A DNA stretch of 41,641 nucleotides from assembly GCA_002748575.1 (NCBI GenBank), contig PDSR01000082.1, forward strand, positions 1 through 41,641, given 5' to 3'. Positions 20,597 to 31,267 of the stretch are shown piece by piece; the first letter of the stretch is position 1; every line of letters begins with the position of its first letter. The stretch is from Gammaproteobacteria bacterium. GTDB taxonomy: Bacteria; Pseudomonadota; Gammaproteobacteria; Pseudomonadales; Ketobacteraceae. The notes under the pieces were generated by a model. It worked only from the letters and a program-made list of their open reading frames with translations, was not told the DNA's origin and did not search any database. A program made the position numbers and the translations under genes.

Positions 20597-21136
20597 ATGG
20601 CAGACGTAAAAGCGCAGCCATCAGAGTGGCTGGTACTTGGTAAATTAACATCTGCTTACGGTATTAAAGGCTGGGTAAAGGTGCATTCCTACACCGAGCC
20701 AATGGACAATATCGGTACTTACAGCCCTCTCTGGGTGGAACATAACGGCCAGCGTGAAAAAATCGAATTCGAACAGATCAAGCCTCATGGCAAAGGGTTA
20801 ATAGCCAAAATAAAAGGCTGTGATACGCGGGAACAAACCCCTCAATATACGGGTGCAATGTTGGTTGCAGGTAAAGATCAACTGGCTTCCCTGGAGTCTG
20901 GTGAATATTACTGGTCAGATCTTATCGGGTTGACCGTGATTAATGAGCAGGGCGAAAATCTCGGTAAGGTTCACCACCTGATTGAAACAGGCTCTAACGA
21001 TGTGTTGGTTATTAGAGGCGACATATCGAGTATCGACCAAAAAGAGCGCTTGGTTCCTTACCTGCCGGATCAGGTAGTGTTGCACATCGATATCGATGCA
21101 CAGCAAATGCAAGTTGATTGGGATTCGGATTTTTAG
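20597..21136 (+). CDS. rimM: Ribosome maturation factor RimM
   Basis: [22 protein letters not shown] and a PRC-barrel C-terminus are present. It sits between rpsP and trmD. Confidence 0.93.
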   Translation: MADVKAQPSEWLVLGKLTSAYGIKGWVKVHSYTEPMDNIGTYSPLWVEHNGQREKIEFEQIKPHGKGLIAKIKGCDTREQTPQYTGAMLVAGKDQLASLESGEYYWSDLIGLTVINEQGENLGKVHHLIETGSNDVLVIRGDISSIDQKERLVPYLPDQVVLHIDIDAQQMQVDWDSDF

Positions 21137-21146
21137 CGGGCACTGT

Positions 21147-21842
21147 GTGAAATTTATTGCTGTTACACTGTTCCCGGAAATGTTTGCCTCACTCACTGAG
21201 TACGGTGTTTCCAGCAGGGCAATAAAAAAGGGTCTTGCCAGCGTGGATTTCGTTAATCCCCGGGAATTCACCATTGATGTGCACCGCACGGTTGATGATC
21301 GCCCTTATGGGGGCGGACCGGGAATGGTGATGTTGGCTGAACCGCTGATGCAGTCTATTGCCAGGGCTAAGGAATTATGCGGCGAAGATGCTGAGCGGGC
21401 GAAAGTGGTTTATGTATCCCCGCAGGGAAAACCGTTTTCCCAGCAAAAAGCGGCACAAACAGTGAATGAAAATCGCCCCGTTGTGTTTGTGGCGGGCCGA
21501 TATGAAGGTATCGACGAGCGGGTAATAGAGCTGGCAGTCGATGAAGAATGGTCCCTCGGGGACTATGTTTTAAGTGGTGGGGAACTGCCCGCCATGGTAA
21601 TGATGGATACCATGATCCGCCTGATACCTGGCGCATTGGGCCACCAAGGGTCTGCCGAACAGGACTCCTTTGCCGAGGGCCTGCTGGATTGCCCTCATTA
21701 TACACGGCCTGAAGAATACCGGGGCCTGCGAGTTCCGGATGTGCTGCTGAGCGGAAACCACCAGCGCATCAAAGAATGGCGTATGCAACAATCATTGGCC
21801 AGAACCCGCAAGCGGCGGCCTGATTTGTTGGCAAAGCGTTAA
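21147..21842 (+). CDS. trmD: tRNA (guanine37-N1)-methyltransferase TrmD
   Basis: A GTG at 21147 gives [13 protein letters not shown], the canonical TrmD N-terminus. [13 protein letters not shown] and [10 protein letters not shown] are also present. The tracked ORF start at 21096 overlaps rimM and is probably upstream read-through. Confidence 0.93.
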   Translation: MKFIAVTLFPEMFASLTEYGVSSRAIKKGLASVDFVNPREFTIDVHRTVDDRPYGGGPGMVMLAEPLMQSIARAKELCGEDAERAKVVYVSPQGKPFSQQKAAQTVNENRPVVFVAGRYEGIDERVIELAVDEEWSLGDYVLSGGELPAMVMMDTMIRLIPGALGHQGSAEQDSFAEGLLDCPHYTRPEEYRGLRVPDVLLSGNHQRIKEWRMQQSLARTRKRRPDLLAKR

Positions 21843-21904
21843 CAAGGTAATGCCAGGTAATGGTAGCCGAGTAAAAAATACTAAAGCTGTTAAGCTTTTT
21901 TTGC

Positions 21905-21930
21905 GAACAGTCAGTGGCTGTTCATTTTTA
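21905..21930 (+). terminator. Hairpin plus T-run in the trmD-rplS spacer (candidate attenuator or partial terminator)
   Basis: gaacag (21905-21910) pairs with ctgttc (21918-21923) around a 7-nt loop, followed by attttta. A weaker AT-rich hairpin plus T7 run lies just upstream at 21883-21902. Confidence 0.3.
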
Positions 21931-21989
21931 AATAACGTGTATGTAACGGCGGTTGCCCTTACCTCTGACGTTGAAAATGGAGAAACCCC

Positions 21990-22346
21990 ATGAGCGGTAA
22001 AAACAAAATCATTCAAGAGATTGAAAACGAGCAGTTAAAGCAGGATCTACCCGATTTTGCCCCTGGCGATACAGTTGTGGTTCAAGTAAAAGTACAGGAA
22101 GGTAATCGTACTCGTTTGCAGGCTTTTGAGGGCGTTGTGATTGCAAAGCGTAACCGTGGCCTTAACTCATCTTTTACCGTTCGCAAAATTTCTAACGGTG
22201 TAGGTGTAGAACGTGTCTTCCAAACCCACAGCCCGCAAATCGACGGTATTACTGTTAAGCGTAAAGGTGATGTTCGTCAGGCGAAGCTTTACTACTTGCG
22301 TGGCCGCACCGGTAAGGCTGCTCGTATTAAAGAGAAGCTTAAGTAA
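21990..22346 (+). CDS. rplS: 50S ribosomal protein L19
   Basis: [50 protein letters not shown] is present. Length is 118 aa. Confidence 0.98.
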   Translation: MSGKNKIIQEIENEQLKQDLPDFAPGDTVVVQVKVQEGNRTRLQAFEGVVIAKRNRGLNSSFTVRKISNGVGVERVFQTHSPQIDGITVKRKGDVRQAKLYYLRGRTGKAARIKEKLK

Positions 22347-22373
22347 TTCAGGTTTTCGGTATACACTAAAAAA

Positions 22374-22402
22374 GCGGGTCAATTTGATCCGCTTTTTTTT
22401 TT
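22374..22402 (+). terminator. Rho-independent terminator of the rpsP-rplS operon
   Basis: The stem gcgggtc/gatccgc (7 bp, one G-U) has the loop aattt. A T10 run follows and an A6 run precedes it. Confidence 0.8.
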
Positions 22403-22496
22403 ACAAAAAGCTGGTTGTAAGCGAACCTTGTGGCAGTTCGTCTGTCCAAGTTGTCAGCATGTGTTAATTACAACTACAACAACAAAAGGTTATACA

Positions 22497-23336
22497 ATGA
22501 AACAGGTTTCAAAGTTTGGATTAAGTGCTGTACTGCTGGCAGCCGTGGTGGGCATACAGGCATGCAAGCAGGAAGAAGCAAACGCTGCTGAGCGCTCTGC
22601 CGAGAAAGTACCTGCCCCGATTATTAAGCACCGTTCACAACCCGCCGAGGAAAAAGCTGCTGATTCTGTGCAACTGATTAAGGGTCAACTTGCTGCCAAG
22701 CTGCCTCGTTTGCCCGTTGTTAGTGTGACTGAATCTCAGGCCAAAGGGATTTATCAGGTGGAGCTTAGAGGCGGTGATGTTATTCATGTAACCGCTGATG
22801 CAAATTATATTATTAACGGTGATCTGTTGGCCGTTAAGCAAGATAAAATGGACAACATTACCGAAGCCTGGCGCAGTGAAAAGCGTATTGCGGCGCTGAG
22901 TAGCTTAAAAGACGAAGACCTGGTGGTGTTTCAGGCAGAGGGTGAAGAAAAAGGTGAAGTAATTGCCTTTACCGATACCAGCTGCGGCTACTGTCGCAAG
23001 CTTCATGTGGAAGTGCCGAAATTAAACGCCATGGGAATCACGGTTAAATACGCTGCCTGGCCGCGCTATGGGGTGAAATCGCCCGCAGGTCAAACCATTG
23101 CCAATATCTGGTGCGCAGCCGACAAGCAAAAGGCTATGACTCTGGGTAAAACCAACAAGCCTGTGCCAAAACCGGAAGGTGAGTGCGATACTGGCGTGAT
23201 CCAGAACCAGATTGATATGGGGCGAGCCCTTGGGGTGCGCGGCACGCCAGCCCTGTTTCTGGCCGATGGCCGCAAAGTGGGTGGTTATCGCAAGGCATCA
23301 GATCTTGCCGCTGAATTGGGAATAAAATCTGATTAA
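22497..23336 (+). CDS. dsbC: Thiol:disulfide interchange protein, DsbC family
   Basis: The ATG at 22497 gives the signal peptide MKQVSKFGLSAVLLAAVVGIQAC. A DsbC dimerisation domain and the thioredoxin motif FTDTSCGYCRKLH are present, along with a second Cys pair (IWCAAD...GECD). The ORF-track start at 22428 lacks any signal-peptide logic. Confidence 0.88.
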   Translation: MKQVSKFGLSAVLLAAVVGIQACKQEEANAAERSAEKVPAPIIKHRSQPAEEKAADSVQLIKGQLAAKLPRLPVVSVTESQAKGIYQVELRGGDVIHVTADANYIINGDLLAVKQDKMDNITEAWRSEKRIAALSSLKDEDLVVFQAEGEEKGEVIAFTDTSCGYCRKLHVEVPKLNAMGITVKYAAWPRYGVKSPAGQTIANIWCAADKQKAMTLGKTNKPVPKPEGECDTGVIQNQIDMGRALGVRGTPALFLADGRKVGGYRKASDLAAELGIKSD

Positions 23337-23360
23337 CCGGATCAGCCGGGTAAAACCCAT

Positions 23361-23389
23361 AAGCCGCAGCCTTTCGCTGCGGCTTTTTT
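23361..23389 (+). terminator. Rho-independent terminator after dsbC
   Basis: A perfect 10-bp stem pairs aagccgcagc with gctgcggctt. The loop is ctttc and the T6 run overlaps the last stem bases. Confidence 0.85.
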
Positions 23390-23467
23390 GTTTCTGGATG
23401 CTTCTGATTGTGGTAATCTTCCGGCCTTTACGCCAACTTTTAGAAATACCCATAATTAGAATTCGAG

Positions 23468-24787
23468 GTGCCTGGTTTGAAACCCGTAAATGTAGGAATC
23501 GTGGGGCTTGGAACAGTCGGTTCCGGTACTTTTAACGTCTTAACCCGCAACGCGGAAGATATTGCTCGCCGGGCTGGGCGGGCCATCAAGATTACCCACA
23601 TTGGCGCTCGCCGGGACAATCCTGCTGCGGATACTTCAGGTTATAAAGTCAGCCGCGATGTTTTCGATGTAGTCAACGATCCCGAAGTCGATATTGTGGT
23701 TGAGCTGATTGGTGGCACCACGATTGCAAAAGATCTGGTTATGCAGGCTATCGACAACCAAAAGCACGTTGTGACTGCCAACAAGGCACTGATTGCTGAA
23801 TGTGGCAATGAAGTCTTTGCCGCTGCTCAGGCAAAGGGCGTGAATGTTGCTTTTGAAGCGGGCGTTGCCGGTGGTATCCCCATTATTAAAGCCATCCGTG
23901 AAGGCTTGTCGGCCAACCAGTTGCAATGGGTTGCCGGTATTATCAACGGCACCGGGAATTTTATTCTTACCGAAATGCGCGATAAAGGCCGCGATTTCGA
24001 TGATGTCTTAAAAGAGGCCCAGGAACTTGGCTATGCCGAGGCCGATCCCACTTTTGATGTGGAAGGTATCGACGCGGCCCACAAGTTGACTATTCTAGCC
24101 TCCATTGCCTTTGGTATTCCGTTGCAGTTTGAAAAAGCCTATACCGAAGGTATCAGCAATATCACCACTGCCGATGTAGAATACGCCGAAGAGCTGGGTT
24201 ATCGGATCAAGCATTTAGGTGTAACACGCAAGCGAGAGCAGGGTGTTGAATTGCGAGTTCACCCTACGTTGATTCCTGAAGACCGCCTGATTGCCAATGT
24301 GAATGGGGTTATGAATGCGGTGTTAGCCATGGGCGACGCAGTTGGCCCAACCTTATATTATGGCCCCGGTGCCGGTGCTGAGCCAACGGCATCAGCGGTG
24401 GTTGCCGATGTGATTGATGTCGCCAGGGTATTAACCACCGACCCGGAAAATCGTGTGCCGCACCTGGCGTTCCAGGCAGACAGCCTGCACGACTTTCCGA
24501 TTCTCCCCATTGAAGATATTGAAACTGCTTACTACTTAAGAATGCGTGCCAAAGATCACCCCGGTGTGCTGGCGAATGTGACCGGCGTGTTAAGCAAGGC
24601 CAATATCAATATTGAATCTATCCTGCAAAAAGAAGCCGATGAATCAAATGGCGAAGTGCCGATTATTTTGATTACCCGCAGGGTGCAGGAAAAAGAAATG
24701 AACGCAGCGTTAGCGCAAATTGAAGCGATGGACGACATCGTGGGTGGCGTGGTACGTATTCGTTTAGAACATTTGGATGCTGAATAG
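23468..24787 (+). CDS. hom: Homoserine dehydrogenase
   Basis: KPVNVGIVGLGTVGSG is the NAD-binding region. VTANKALIA and a C-terminal ACT domain are present. The start is either GTG 23468 or TTG 23477; GAGG lies at 23464-23467. Confidence 0.95.
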   Translation: MPGLKPVNVGIVGLGTVGSGTFNVLTRNAEDIARRAGRAIKITHIGARRDNPAADTSGYKVSRDVFDVVNDPEVDIVVELIGGTTIAKDLVMQAIDNQKHVVTANKALIAECGNEVFAAAQAKGVNVAFEAGVAGGIPIIKAIREGLSANQLQWVAGIINGTGNFILTEMRDKGRDFDDVLKEAQELGYAEADPTFDVEGIDAAHKLTILASIAFGIPLQFEKAYTEGISNITTADVEYAEELGYRIKHLGVTRKREQGVELRVHPTLIPEDRLIANVNGVMNAVLAMGDAVGPTLYYGPGAGAEPTASAVVADVIDVARVLTTDPENRVPHLAFQADSLHDFPILPIEDIETAYYLRMRAKDHPGVLANVTGVLSKANINIESILQKEADESNGEVPIILITRRVQEKEMNAALAQIEAMDDIVGGVVRIRLEHLDAE

Positions 24788-24811
24788 AATTGAGTGAGTT
24801 GGAAAGCAATT

Positions 24812-25891
24812 ATGAGTACTCGTTATACTGGCCTAATTAACAAATACCGCGATCACTTGCCTGTGGGTGATGATACCCGTTTAATCAGCCTGGGCGAAGG
24901 TAACACCCCATTGATTCGTTTGAACAATGTGCCCCGAGCCATTGGTAAAGACGTTGATATTTACGTTAAGTATGAAGGTTTGAACCCAACAGGTTCGTTT
25001 AAAGATCGCGGCATGACAATGGCCGTTACCAAAGCGGTTGAAGAAGGCAGTAAAGCTATTATCTGTGCATCGACCGGCAACACATCCGCCGCTGCGGCAG
25101 CTTATGCAGCCCGTGCGGGTATCACTGCTTTTGTATTGATTCCTGAAGGCAAAATCGCCATGGGTAAGCTGGCTCAGGCAATGATGTATGGCGCGGTCAT
25201 TTTACAGATTCGCGGTAACTTCGATGAAGGCATGAACCTGGTTAAGGAAGTGGCTGATCATGCCCCCGTAACCATTGTTAACTCCATCAACCCGTTCCGT
25301 TTGCAGGGTCAGAAAACCGCAGCCTTCGAAATCGTTGAAGAGCTGGGCGCAGCTCCTGATTATCACTGCCTGCCGGTGGGTAATGCAGGAAATATCACCG
25401 CGCACTGGATGGGCTATAAAGAATCTCATAAAGATGGCATTTCCAACAACCTGCCTAAAATGGTCGGTTATCAGGCAGCCGGTGCAGCGCCTTTCATGCG
25501 CGGTGCCATGGTGGATAACCCCGAAACCGTTGCCACCGCGATTCGTATTGGCCACCCGCAATCCTGGGATAAAGCCTGGAATGTGCAAAAAGAATCCGAA
25601 GGCTGGTTCGATGAACTTACCGATGAAGAAATTCTGGCCACCCAAAAAATGCTGGCGCAAACCGAAGGGGTGTTCTGTGAGCCTGCATCAGCGGCGTCTC
25701 TGGGTGGTGCCATTCGTGATGTTAAGTCAGGAAAAATCCCGGAAGGTTCCAAAATCGTATGTACCTTAACCGGTAACGGTTTGAAAGATCCTGATACCGC
25801 GATTGCACAATGCCAGAATGCAGAAATGATGACGATTGACGCCACCCTGGATGACGTTAAAAAGTCGATTCTGGATAATATGGCAAAATAA
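24812..25891 (+). CDS. thrC: Threonine synthase
   Basis: [18 protein letters not shown] is the N-terminus. The PLP lysine motif [12 protein letters not shown] is present. It lies immediately downstream of hom. Confidence 0.95.
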   Translation: MSTRYTGLINKYRDHLPVGDDTRLISLGEGNTPLIRLNNVPRAIGKDVDIYVKYEGLNPTGSFKDRGMTMAVTKAVEEGSKAIICASTGNTSAAAAAYAARAGITAFVLIPEGKIAMGKLAQAMMYGAVILQIRGNFDEGMNLVKEVADHAPVTIVNSINPFRLQGQKTAAFEIVEELGAAPDYHCLPVGNAGNITAHWMGYKESHKDGISNNLPKMVGYQAAGAAPFMRGAMVDNPETVATAIRIGHPQSWDKAWNVQKESEGWFDELTDEEILATQKMLAQTEGVFCEPASAASLGGAIRDVKSGKIPEGSKIVCTLTGNGLKDPDTAIAQCQNAEMMTIDATLDDVKKSILDNMAK

Positions 25892-25942
25892 TCCTGATTG
25901 CTGATCACCATTACATCACAATGGTTCAGGTAAGCGGATCTA

Positions 25943-25980
25943 AAACAGGGTGCTATTTATTTAGCGCCCTGTTTTATTTT
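25943..25980 (+). terminator. Rho-independent terminator after thrC
   Basis: aaaacagggtgc pairs with gcgccctgtttt (12 bp, one G-U). The loop is tatttattta and atttt follows. Confidence 0.7.
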
Positions 25981-26033
25981 AAGCTTGCCGGAATAATTAA
26001 ATCCGTTACTTGTTCGCAGGCTTTTCGGCATTG

Positions 26034-27785
26034 ATGAAAAAAATTACCCGCCGCACACTTAATAATTTTCAACGCTTTTCAGATGAAATTCCCTCAGCTT
26101 TGCAGCGTATTTATGCCGCAAGGGGCGTGTCGAAACCTGAAGAGGTGAATTTACAGTTAAGCCATTTAATTCCCGCCGGGCAATTAAAGGGCCTGGACGA
26201 TGCGTTGGCGCTGCTGCAACAGGCATTACAGGATCGTTGGCGAATTTTGATTGTCGGTGATTTCGATGCCGACGGTGCAACCAGTTCCGCATTGAGTGTG
26301 TTGGCGCTGCGGGCTTTAGGGGCTGCTCATGTAGACTACCTGGTGCCTAACCGCTTTGAATATGGCTATGGGTTAACGCCGGAAATTGTTGCGGTGGCCA
26401 GCCAATCCCAGCCTGATTTATTGATTACGGTGGATAACGGTATTTCATCCATTGCTGGCGTGCAGGCCGCGAAAGAGGCCGGTATGAAAGTGCTGGTAAC
26501 AGACCACCACTTACCGGGTAAAGAACTGCCGCAAGCCGATGCTATCGTTAACCCCAATCAGCCGGGGTGCCCTTTCCCCAGTAAAAACCTGGCCGGGGTG
26601 GGCGTGATTTTTTATGTGATGACGGCATTACGTACCCAACTGCAACAGGCGGGCTGGTTTGCCAGCCAGGGTATTGCCGTGCCCAATATGGCGGATTATC
26701 TGGATATTGTCGCCCTGGGTACGGTGGCCGATGTGGTGCCGCTGGATCACAACAACCGCATATTGGTGGAACATGGCCTGCGCCGTATTCGCGCTAACCG
26801 CTGCCGCCCCGGTATTGCTGCCATTATCGAAGTGGCAAAGCGTAATCAATCGCGGCTGGTGTCATCGGATTTGGGGTTTGCCATCGGGCCGCGCCTGAAT
26901 GCCGCTGGCCGGTTGGATGATATGTCCCATGGAATCGAATGCCTGCTGGAGGATAATCCCCGTCTGGCCAGGGGTATGGCTATCGAACTGGATCAGTTGA
27001 ACCATGATCGCAAAGCCATTGAATTCAGTATGCAGAACGAAGCGCTGGCGGCACTCAATCAATTACAGTTTTCCGAAGATCAGCTGCCCTGGGGCTTGTG
27101 CCTGTTTCGTAAAGACTGGCACCAGGGGGTGATTGGGATTCTGGCATCACGGATCAAAGAGCGTTTTCATCGCCCGGTGATTGTCTTTGCTCCGGGGGAT
27201 GCTGGCGCGGCAGCCAATCCAATGAACGGCAGCGAAGTGAAAGGATCGGCCAGATCCATTCCCGGCCTGCATATTCGTGATGCCCTGGATGCCGTGGCTG
27301 CCCGGAATCCCGGCTTGATTTCAAAATTCGGCGGCCATGCCATGGCTGCCGGGTTAAGCCTGCCAATAGAAAATCTGGAAACCTTTAAGCAGGCCTTCGA
27401 TAATCAGGTGCGCAGTATGATCAGCGAAGATGACCTTACCGGCGAAGTGCTTAGCGACGGCGAGCTGCAAACCGAGGAGCTGGATTTATCGTTTGCCCGA
27501 CTGCTCCGCGATGCCGGGCCGTGGGGTCAGGGTTTTCCGGAGCCGGTGTTTGATGGCCAGTTTGAATTATTGGAACAGCGCATTGTGGGGGAAAAACACC
27601 TGAAAATGGTATTAACGGTGCCCCAGTCAAACCGGTTAATGGACGCCATTGCGTTCAACGTAGATCTGGCACAATGGCCAAACCACAAAGCCAAGCGGGT
27701 GCATTTGGCTTACCGGCTGGATGTAAACGAGTATCGCGGCGTGGAAAACCCGCAAATGATGGTCGAGCATCTGCAAGCGCTCTAG
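26034..27785 (+). CDS. recJ: Single-stranded-DNA-specific exonuclease RecJ
   Basis: The DHH motifs are ILIVGDFDADGATS, TVDNG and VTDHH. The DHHA1 motif GGHAMAAG is also present. The likely start is MKKITRR at 26034. Confidence 0.95.
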   Translation: MKKITRRTLNNFQRFSDEIPSALQRIYAARGVSKPEEVNLQLSHLIPAGQLKGLDDALALLQQALQDRWRILIVGDFDADGATSSALSVLALRALGAAHVDYLVPNRFEYGYGLTPEIVAVASQSQPDLLITVDNGISSIAGVQAAKEAGMKVLVTDHHLPGKELPQADAIVNPNQPGCPFPSKNLAGVGVIFYVMTALRTQLQQAGWFASQGIAVPNMADYLDIVALGTVADVVPLDHNNRILVEHGLRRIRANRCRPGIAAIIEVAKRNQSRLVSSDLGFAIGPRLNAAGRLDDMSHGIECLLEDNPRLARGMAIELDQLNHDRKAIEFSMQNEALAALNQLQFSEDQLPWGLCLFRKDWHQGVIGILASRIKERFHRPVIVFAPGDAGAAANPMNGSEVKGSARSIPGLHIRDALDAVAARNPGLISKFGGHAMAAGLSLPIENLETFKQAFDNQVRSMISEDDLTGEVLSDGELQTEELDLSFARLLRDAGPWGQGFPEPVFDGQFELLEQRIVGEKHLKMVLTVPQSNRLMDAIAFNVDLAQWPNHKAKRVHLAYRLDVNEYRGVENPQMMVEHLQAL

Positions 27786-27849
27786 TGTTTCGCCAGCAGC
27801 ACAGGTAAAATAGCGCCCCTTTTATCGAATTTGGCAGCCTGTTATTCCT

Positions 27850-28945
27850 ATGGAAATCAATCCAATCGTTACCCGTATTAAAGACCTCCGCGAGCGCACC
27901 GATGCGCTTAGGGGGTATCTTTGACTTCGATGGCAAACAAGAGCGTTTAGATGAAGTTACCCGCGAACTGGAAAACCCGGCCATTTGGAATGAGCCGGAA
28001 CGTGCCCAGGCGCTGGGTAAGGAACGCTCTTCGTTAGAAGCGGTCGTTGATACCATTCGCAAACTCGACAGCGGCCTGGATGACGCCGATGCACTGTTGG
28101 AACTGGCGGTGGAAGAAAACGACGAAGACACACTCAGCGAAACCATTGCTGAACTCGATGCATTAGCCGCCGATGTTGGCCTGCTGGAATTTCGCCGCAT
28201 GTTTGCCGGCGACATGGATCAAAACCCCTGTTACCTGGATATTCAATCCGGTTCCGGTGGCACCGAAGCCCAGGACTGGGCGGAAATGCTGTTGCGTATG
28301 TACCTTCGCTGGTGCGAAACCAAGGGCTTTAAAGCCGAATTGATCGAATGTTCAGCCGGTGAAGTGGCGGGCATTAAAAGCGCCACTGTGTATGTGCAGG
28401 GCGATTACGCCTTTGGTTGGCTGCGCACTGAAACCGGCGTACACCGCTTGGTGCGCAATTCCCCGTTTGATTCCGGCAACCGCCGACATACTTCGTTTTC
28501 CAGTGTGTTTGTGTCGCCAGAAGTGGACGACAATATTGATATTGAAATCAATCCTGCCGATTTAAGAATTGATACCTACCGCGCCAGTGGTGCTGGTGGT
28601 CAGCATGTTAACCGAACGGATTCAGCGGTGCGTATTACCCACGAACCCACCGGCATTGTGGTGCAGTGTCAGAATGATCGCTCCCAGCATAAAAACAAGG
28701 CACAGGCAATGAACCAGTTACGTGCCAAGTTATATGAGTTTGAAATGCTCAAGCAGAATCAGGAAAAACAGGCGCTGGAAGATTCCAAATCAGACATCGG
28801 CTGGGGCAGTCAGATTCGTTCCTATGTGCTGGATCAATCAAGAATCAAAGATCTGCGTACCAATGTGGAACACATGAATCCCAAAGCCGTGTTAGATGGC
28901 GATCTGGATGGATTTATTGAAGCCAGCCTGAAAGCCGGTTTGTAA
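27850..28945 (+). CDS. prfB: Peptide chain release factor 2, made by a programmed +1 ribosomal frameshift: join(27850..27921,27923..28945)
   Basis: The frame-0 leader [24 protein letters not shown] ends at an in-frame TGA (27922-27924). The context CTT AGG GGG TAT CTT TGA C is identical to the E. coli prfB recoding site. The +1 frame continues [12 protein letters not shown] and contains SPF and GGQ. Total length is about 364 aa. Confidence 0.95.
27907..27925 (+). promoter_or_regulatory. prfB +1 frameshift (recoding) site
   Basis: The internal SD-like AGGGGG (27910-27915) lies 3 nt upstream of the slippery CUU-UGA-C (27919-27925). Confidence 0.92.
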
Positions 28946-29000
28946 AAATTTTTAAGTTATTAACCCCGACGTTTTATTAAAAGAGAAATAGGTACAGTTA

Positions 29001-30497
29001 ATGAAAGAGCAAAACGAGCCGTTAAGCCAGGAAGATGAAAACAAACTCATCGCGGAACGTCGAGGCAAACTAAAACAGATTCGTGAACAGCGCAATGCGT
29101 TCCCCAACAGCTTTCGCCGCGATCAATATTGCCAGGATCTGCAAGATACTTATGGCGATAAGGAAAAGCCTGAACTGGAAGCCCTTGGTATTAAAGTAAA
29201 AGTGGCCGGGCGGGTTATACGCAACCGTGGTGCTTTTATGGTGATTCAGGATATGACGGGCACAATTCAGTTATATGTGAATCGCAAGGGCCTGGATAAA
29301 GCAACTCTGGCCGATATTAAAACCTGGGATCTGGGTGATATTGTGGGTGCCGAAGGTTTGCTGCATAAGTCTGGCAAAGGTGATTTATATGTGGACATGG
29401 AAAACTGTGCCCACCTGGTAAAATCGTTGCGCCCGCTGCCGGATAAATTCAAAGGTTTTACCGATACCGAACAACGCTACCGCCAGCGGTATGTCGATTT
29501 GATTATGAATGAAGATGTGCGCGAGACATTTATTATTCGTACCCGCATTATCGACTGTATGCGCCGCTTTTTAAGCGAACGTCAGTTTCTGGAAGTGGAA
29601 ACGCCAATGATGCAGGCGATTCCCGGCGGTGCCACCGCACGACCGTTTACCACCTTTCACAATGCCCTGGATATTGAATTATTTTTGCGGATTGCCCCGG
29701 AGTTATATTTAAAACGATTGATTGTTGGCGGCTTCGAACGTGTTTTTGAAATTAACCGTAACTTCCGTAATGAAGGTTTATCAACCCGCCATAATCCTGA
29801 ATTTACCATGGTTGAGTTTTACCAGGCCTATGCGGATTATGAAGATTTAATGGATCTTACCGAACAGATGCTGCGCCATATTGCCGAACAGGTGCTGGGC
29901 AAAACCGATATTGAATATCAGGGCGAAACCTATCATTTTGGTAAACCCTTTACCCGCATGAGCGTGTTTGAATCTATTTTGCACTTTAACCCCGAACTTA
30001 GCGCTGAGCAGATTTCCGATTTGGAAAGCGCCCGTAAAGTGGCTGAAGGATTAGATATTCCCTTAAAACCGGGTTACGGTTTGGGTAAAGTGCAAATCGA
30101 AATTTTCGAAAAAACCGTTGAGCACCGCTTAAAAGAACCCACTTTTATTACCCAATACCCCACGGAAGTTTCACCGCTGGCACGGCGCAACGATGAAGAT
30201 CCGTTTGTTACCGACCGATTTGAATTTTTCGTGGGTGGCCGTGAAATTGCCAATGGCTTTTCGGAATTAAACGATCCAGAAGATCAGGCAGAACGCTTTC
30301 AGCAGCAAGTGGCCGAAAAAGATGCCGGTGATGATGAAGCCATGCATTTTGATGATGACTATGTGCGAGCACTGGAATACGGTATGCCACCCACAGCAGG
30401 CGAGGGCATTGGTATAGATCGCCTGGTCATGTTGTTTACCGATTCGCCTTCGATTCGTGATGTGATCCTGTTCCCCCACATGCGCCCGCAAGCATAA
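29001..30497 (+). CDS. lysS: Lysine--tRNA ligase (class II)
   Basis: An OB-fold N domain is present, with class II motifs [33 protein letters not shown] and [10 protein letters not shown]. It lies downstream of prfB, as in E. coli. Confidence 0.97.
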   Translation: MKEQNEPLSQEDENKLIAERRGKLKQIREQRNAFPNSFRRDQYCQDLQDTYGDKEKPELEALGIKVKVAGRVIRNRGAFMVIQDMTGTIQLYVNRKGLDKATLADIKTWDLGDIVGAEGLLHKSGKGDLYVDMENCAHLVKSLRPLPDKFKGFTDTEQRYRQRYVDLIMNEDVRETFIIRTRIIDCMRRFLSERQFLEVETPMMQAIPGGATARPFTTFHNALDIELFLRIAPELYLKRLIVGGFERVFEINRNFRNEGLSTRHNPEFTMVEFYQAYADYEDLMDLTEQMLRHIAEQVLGKTDIEYQGETYHFGKPFTRMSVFESILHFNPELSAEQISDLESARKVAEGLDIPLKPGYGLGKVQIEIFEKTVEHRLKEPTFITQYPTEVSPLARRNDEDPFVTDRFEFFVGGREIANGFSELNDPEDQAERFQQQVAEKDAGDDEAMHFDDDYVRALEYGMPPTAGEGIGIDRLVMLFTDSPSIRDVILFPHMRPQA

Positions 30498-30505
30498 TCA
30501 GATTG

Positions 30506-30555
30506 GCAGCGGCATGGATGATTCCGCCAGCCGCTGCATACAGGATGTTTTTTTT
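30506..30555 (+). terminator. Possible terminator after lysS
   Basis: An 8-bp GC-rich stem pairs gcagcggc (30506-30513) with gccgctgc (30530-30537). The T8 run begins about 10 nt after the stem, which is atypical. Confidence 0.35.
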
Positions 30556-30575
30556 GGGCAGGATAAAGTGTTTTT

Positions 30576-31262
30576 ATGAACGATGACATTGCGTTAAATT
30601 ACCGGGGCAGAAAAGCAAGCCGCGCCAGAAGCGAGCAACGTCGCAAAGCCATTCTTGAAGCCGCATTACGCCTGGTTGTTTCCGATGGCGTGCGCGGCGT
30701 TCGTCACCGAGCAGTAGCCAAAGAAGCCGAGGTGCCATTGTCGGCAACCACCTATTACTTTAAAGATATTGGCGATTTAATTGTCGATACCTTTACCCTG
30801 TTTGCCGAAAAAGCAATGAGTGATGTGGTTGTCCCTGTTCATCAGGATGTCGCCGCTTTTATTGCCGCAAACGATGTGCAAACGCTTACTGATCCAGCCA
30901 CCAGCCGCCAGTTGGTCGATGCCATGGCCACGCTGATTGCAGCACATATTCACCACGAATTGTGTGAAAAACGCGATCACCTGATAGCGGAACAGGCTTT
31001 TATGCATGAATCCATTCGTGATCCGAAATTAAAAGATATGGCCAGGCACTATTACGAACACCTGGTTCTGGGTATGAAAAAATTGTGTGAACAGCTTGCT
31101 ATTCAGGAACCTGAGATTGCCGCAGATATGTTGATGGCAACGATTTTTCGTATTGAATACGAAGGCTTGTTATTGGAAAACCCCGCAGCGTTTGATGTTA
31201 ACCGCGCCAAAAAAATTCTCAAGCGACAGTTTTTGTCGTTAATCCAGCCAGTAAATGATTAG
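30576..31262 (+). CDS. TetR/AcrR family transcriptional regulator
   Basis: The N-terminal HTH is [47 protein letters not shown]. The C-terminal ligand domain is helical. Confidence 0.88.
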   Translation: MNDDIALNYRGRKASRARSEQRRKAILEAALRLVVSDGVRGVRHRAVAKEAEVPLSATTYYFKDIGDLIVDTFTLFAEKAMSDVVVPVHQDVAAFIAANDVQTLTDPATSRQLVDAMATLIAAHIHHELCEKRDHLIAEQAFMHESIRDPKLKDMARHYYEHLVLGMKKLCEQLAIQEPEIAADMLMATIFRIEYEGLLLENPAAFDVNRAKKILKRQFLSLIQPVND

Positions 31263-31267
31263 TAATA

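Noticed and set aside
22428-22496. An upstream extension of the dsbC ORF (MWQFVCPSCQHVLITTTTTKGYT) has a CxxC motif.
   Set aside because: It would bury the signal peptide internally. ATG 22497 gives a normal signal peptide. The extension starts right after the rplS terminator with no RBS.
27655-28215. A 186-aa ORF on the minus strand spans the recJ end, the spacer and the prfB start.
   Set aside because: It is antisense to two confidently identified genes. Its composition is Ser/Ala/Arg-rich and low-complexity, typical of shadow ORFs opposite coding DNA. It has no RBS or start context.
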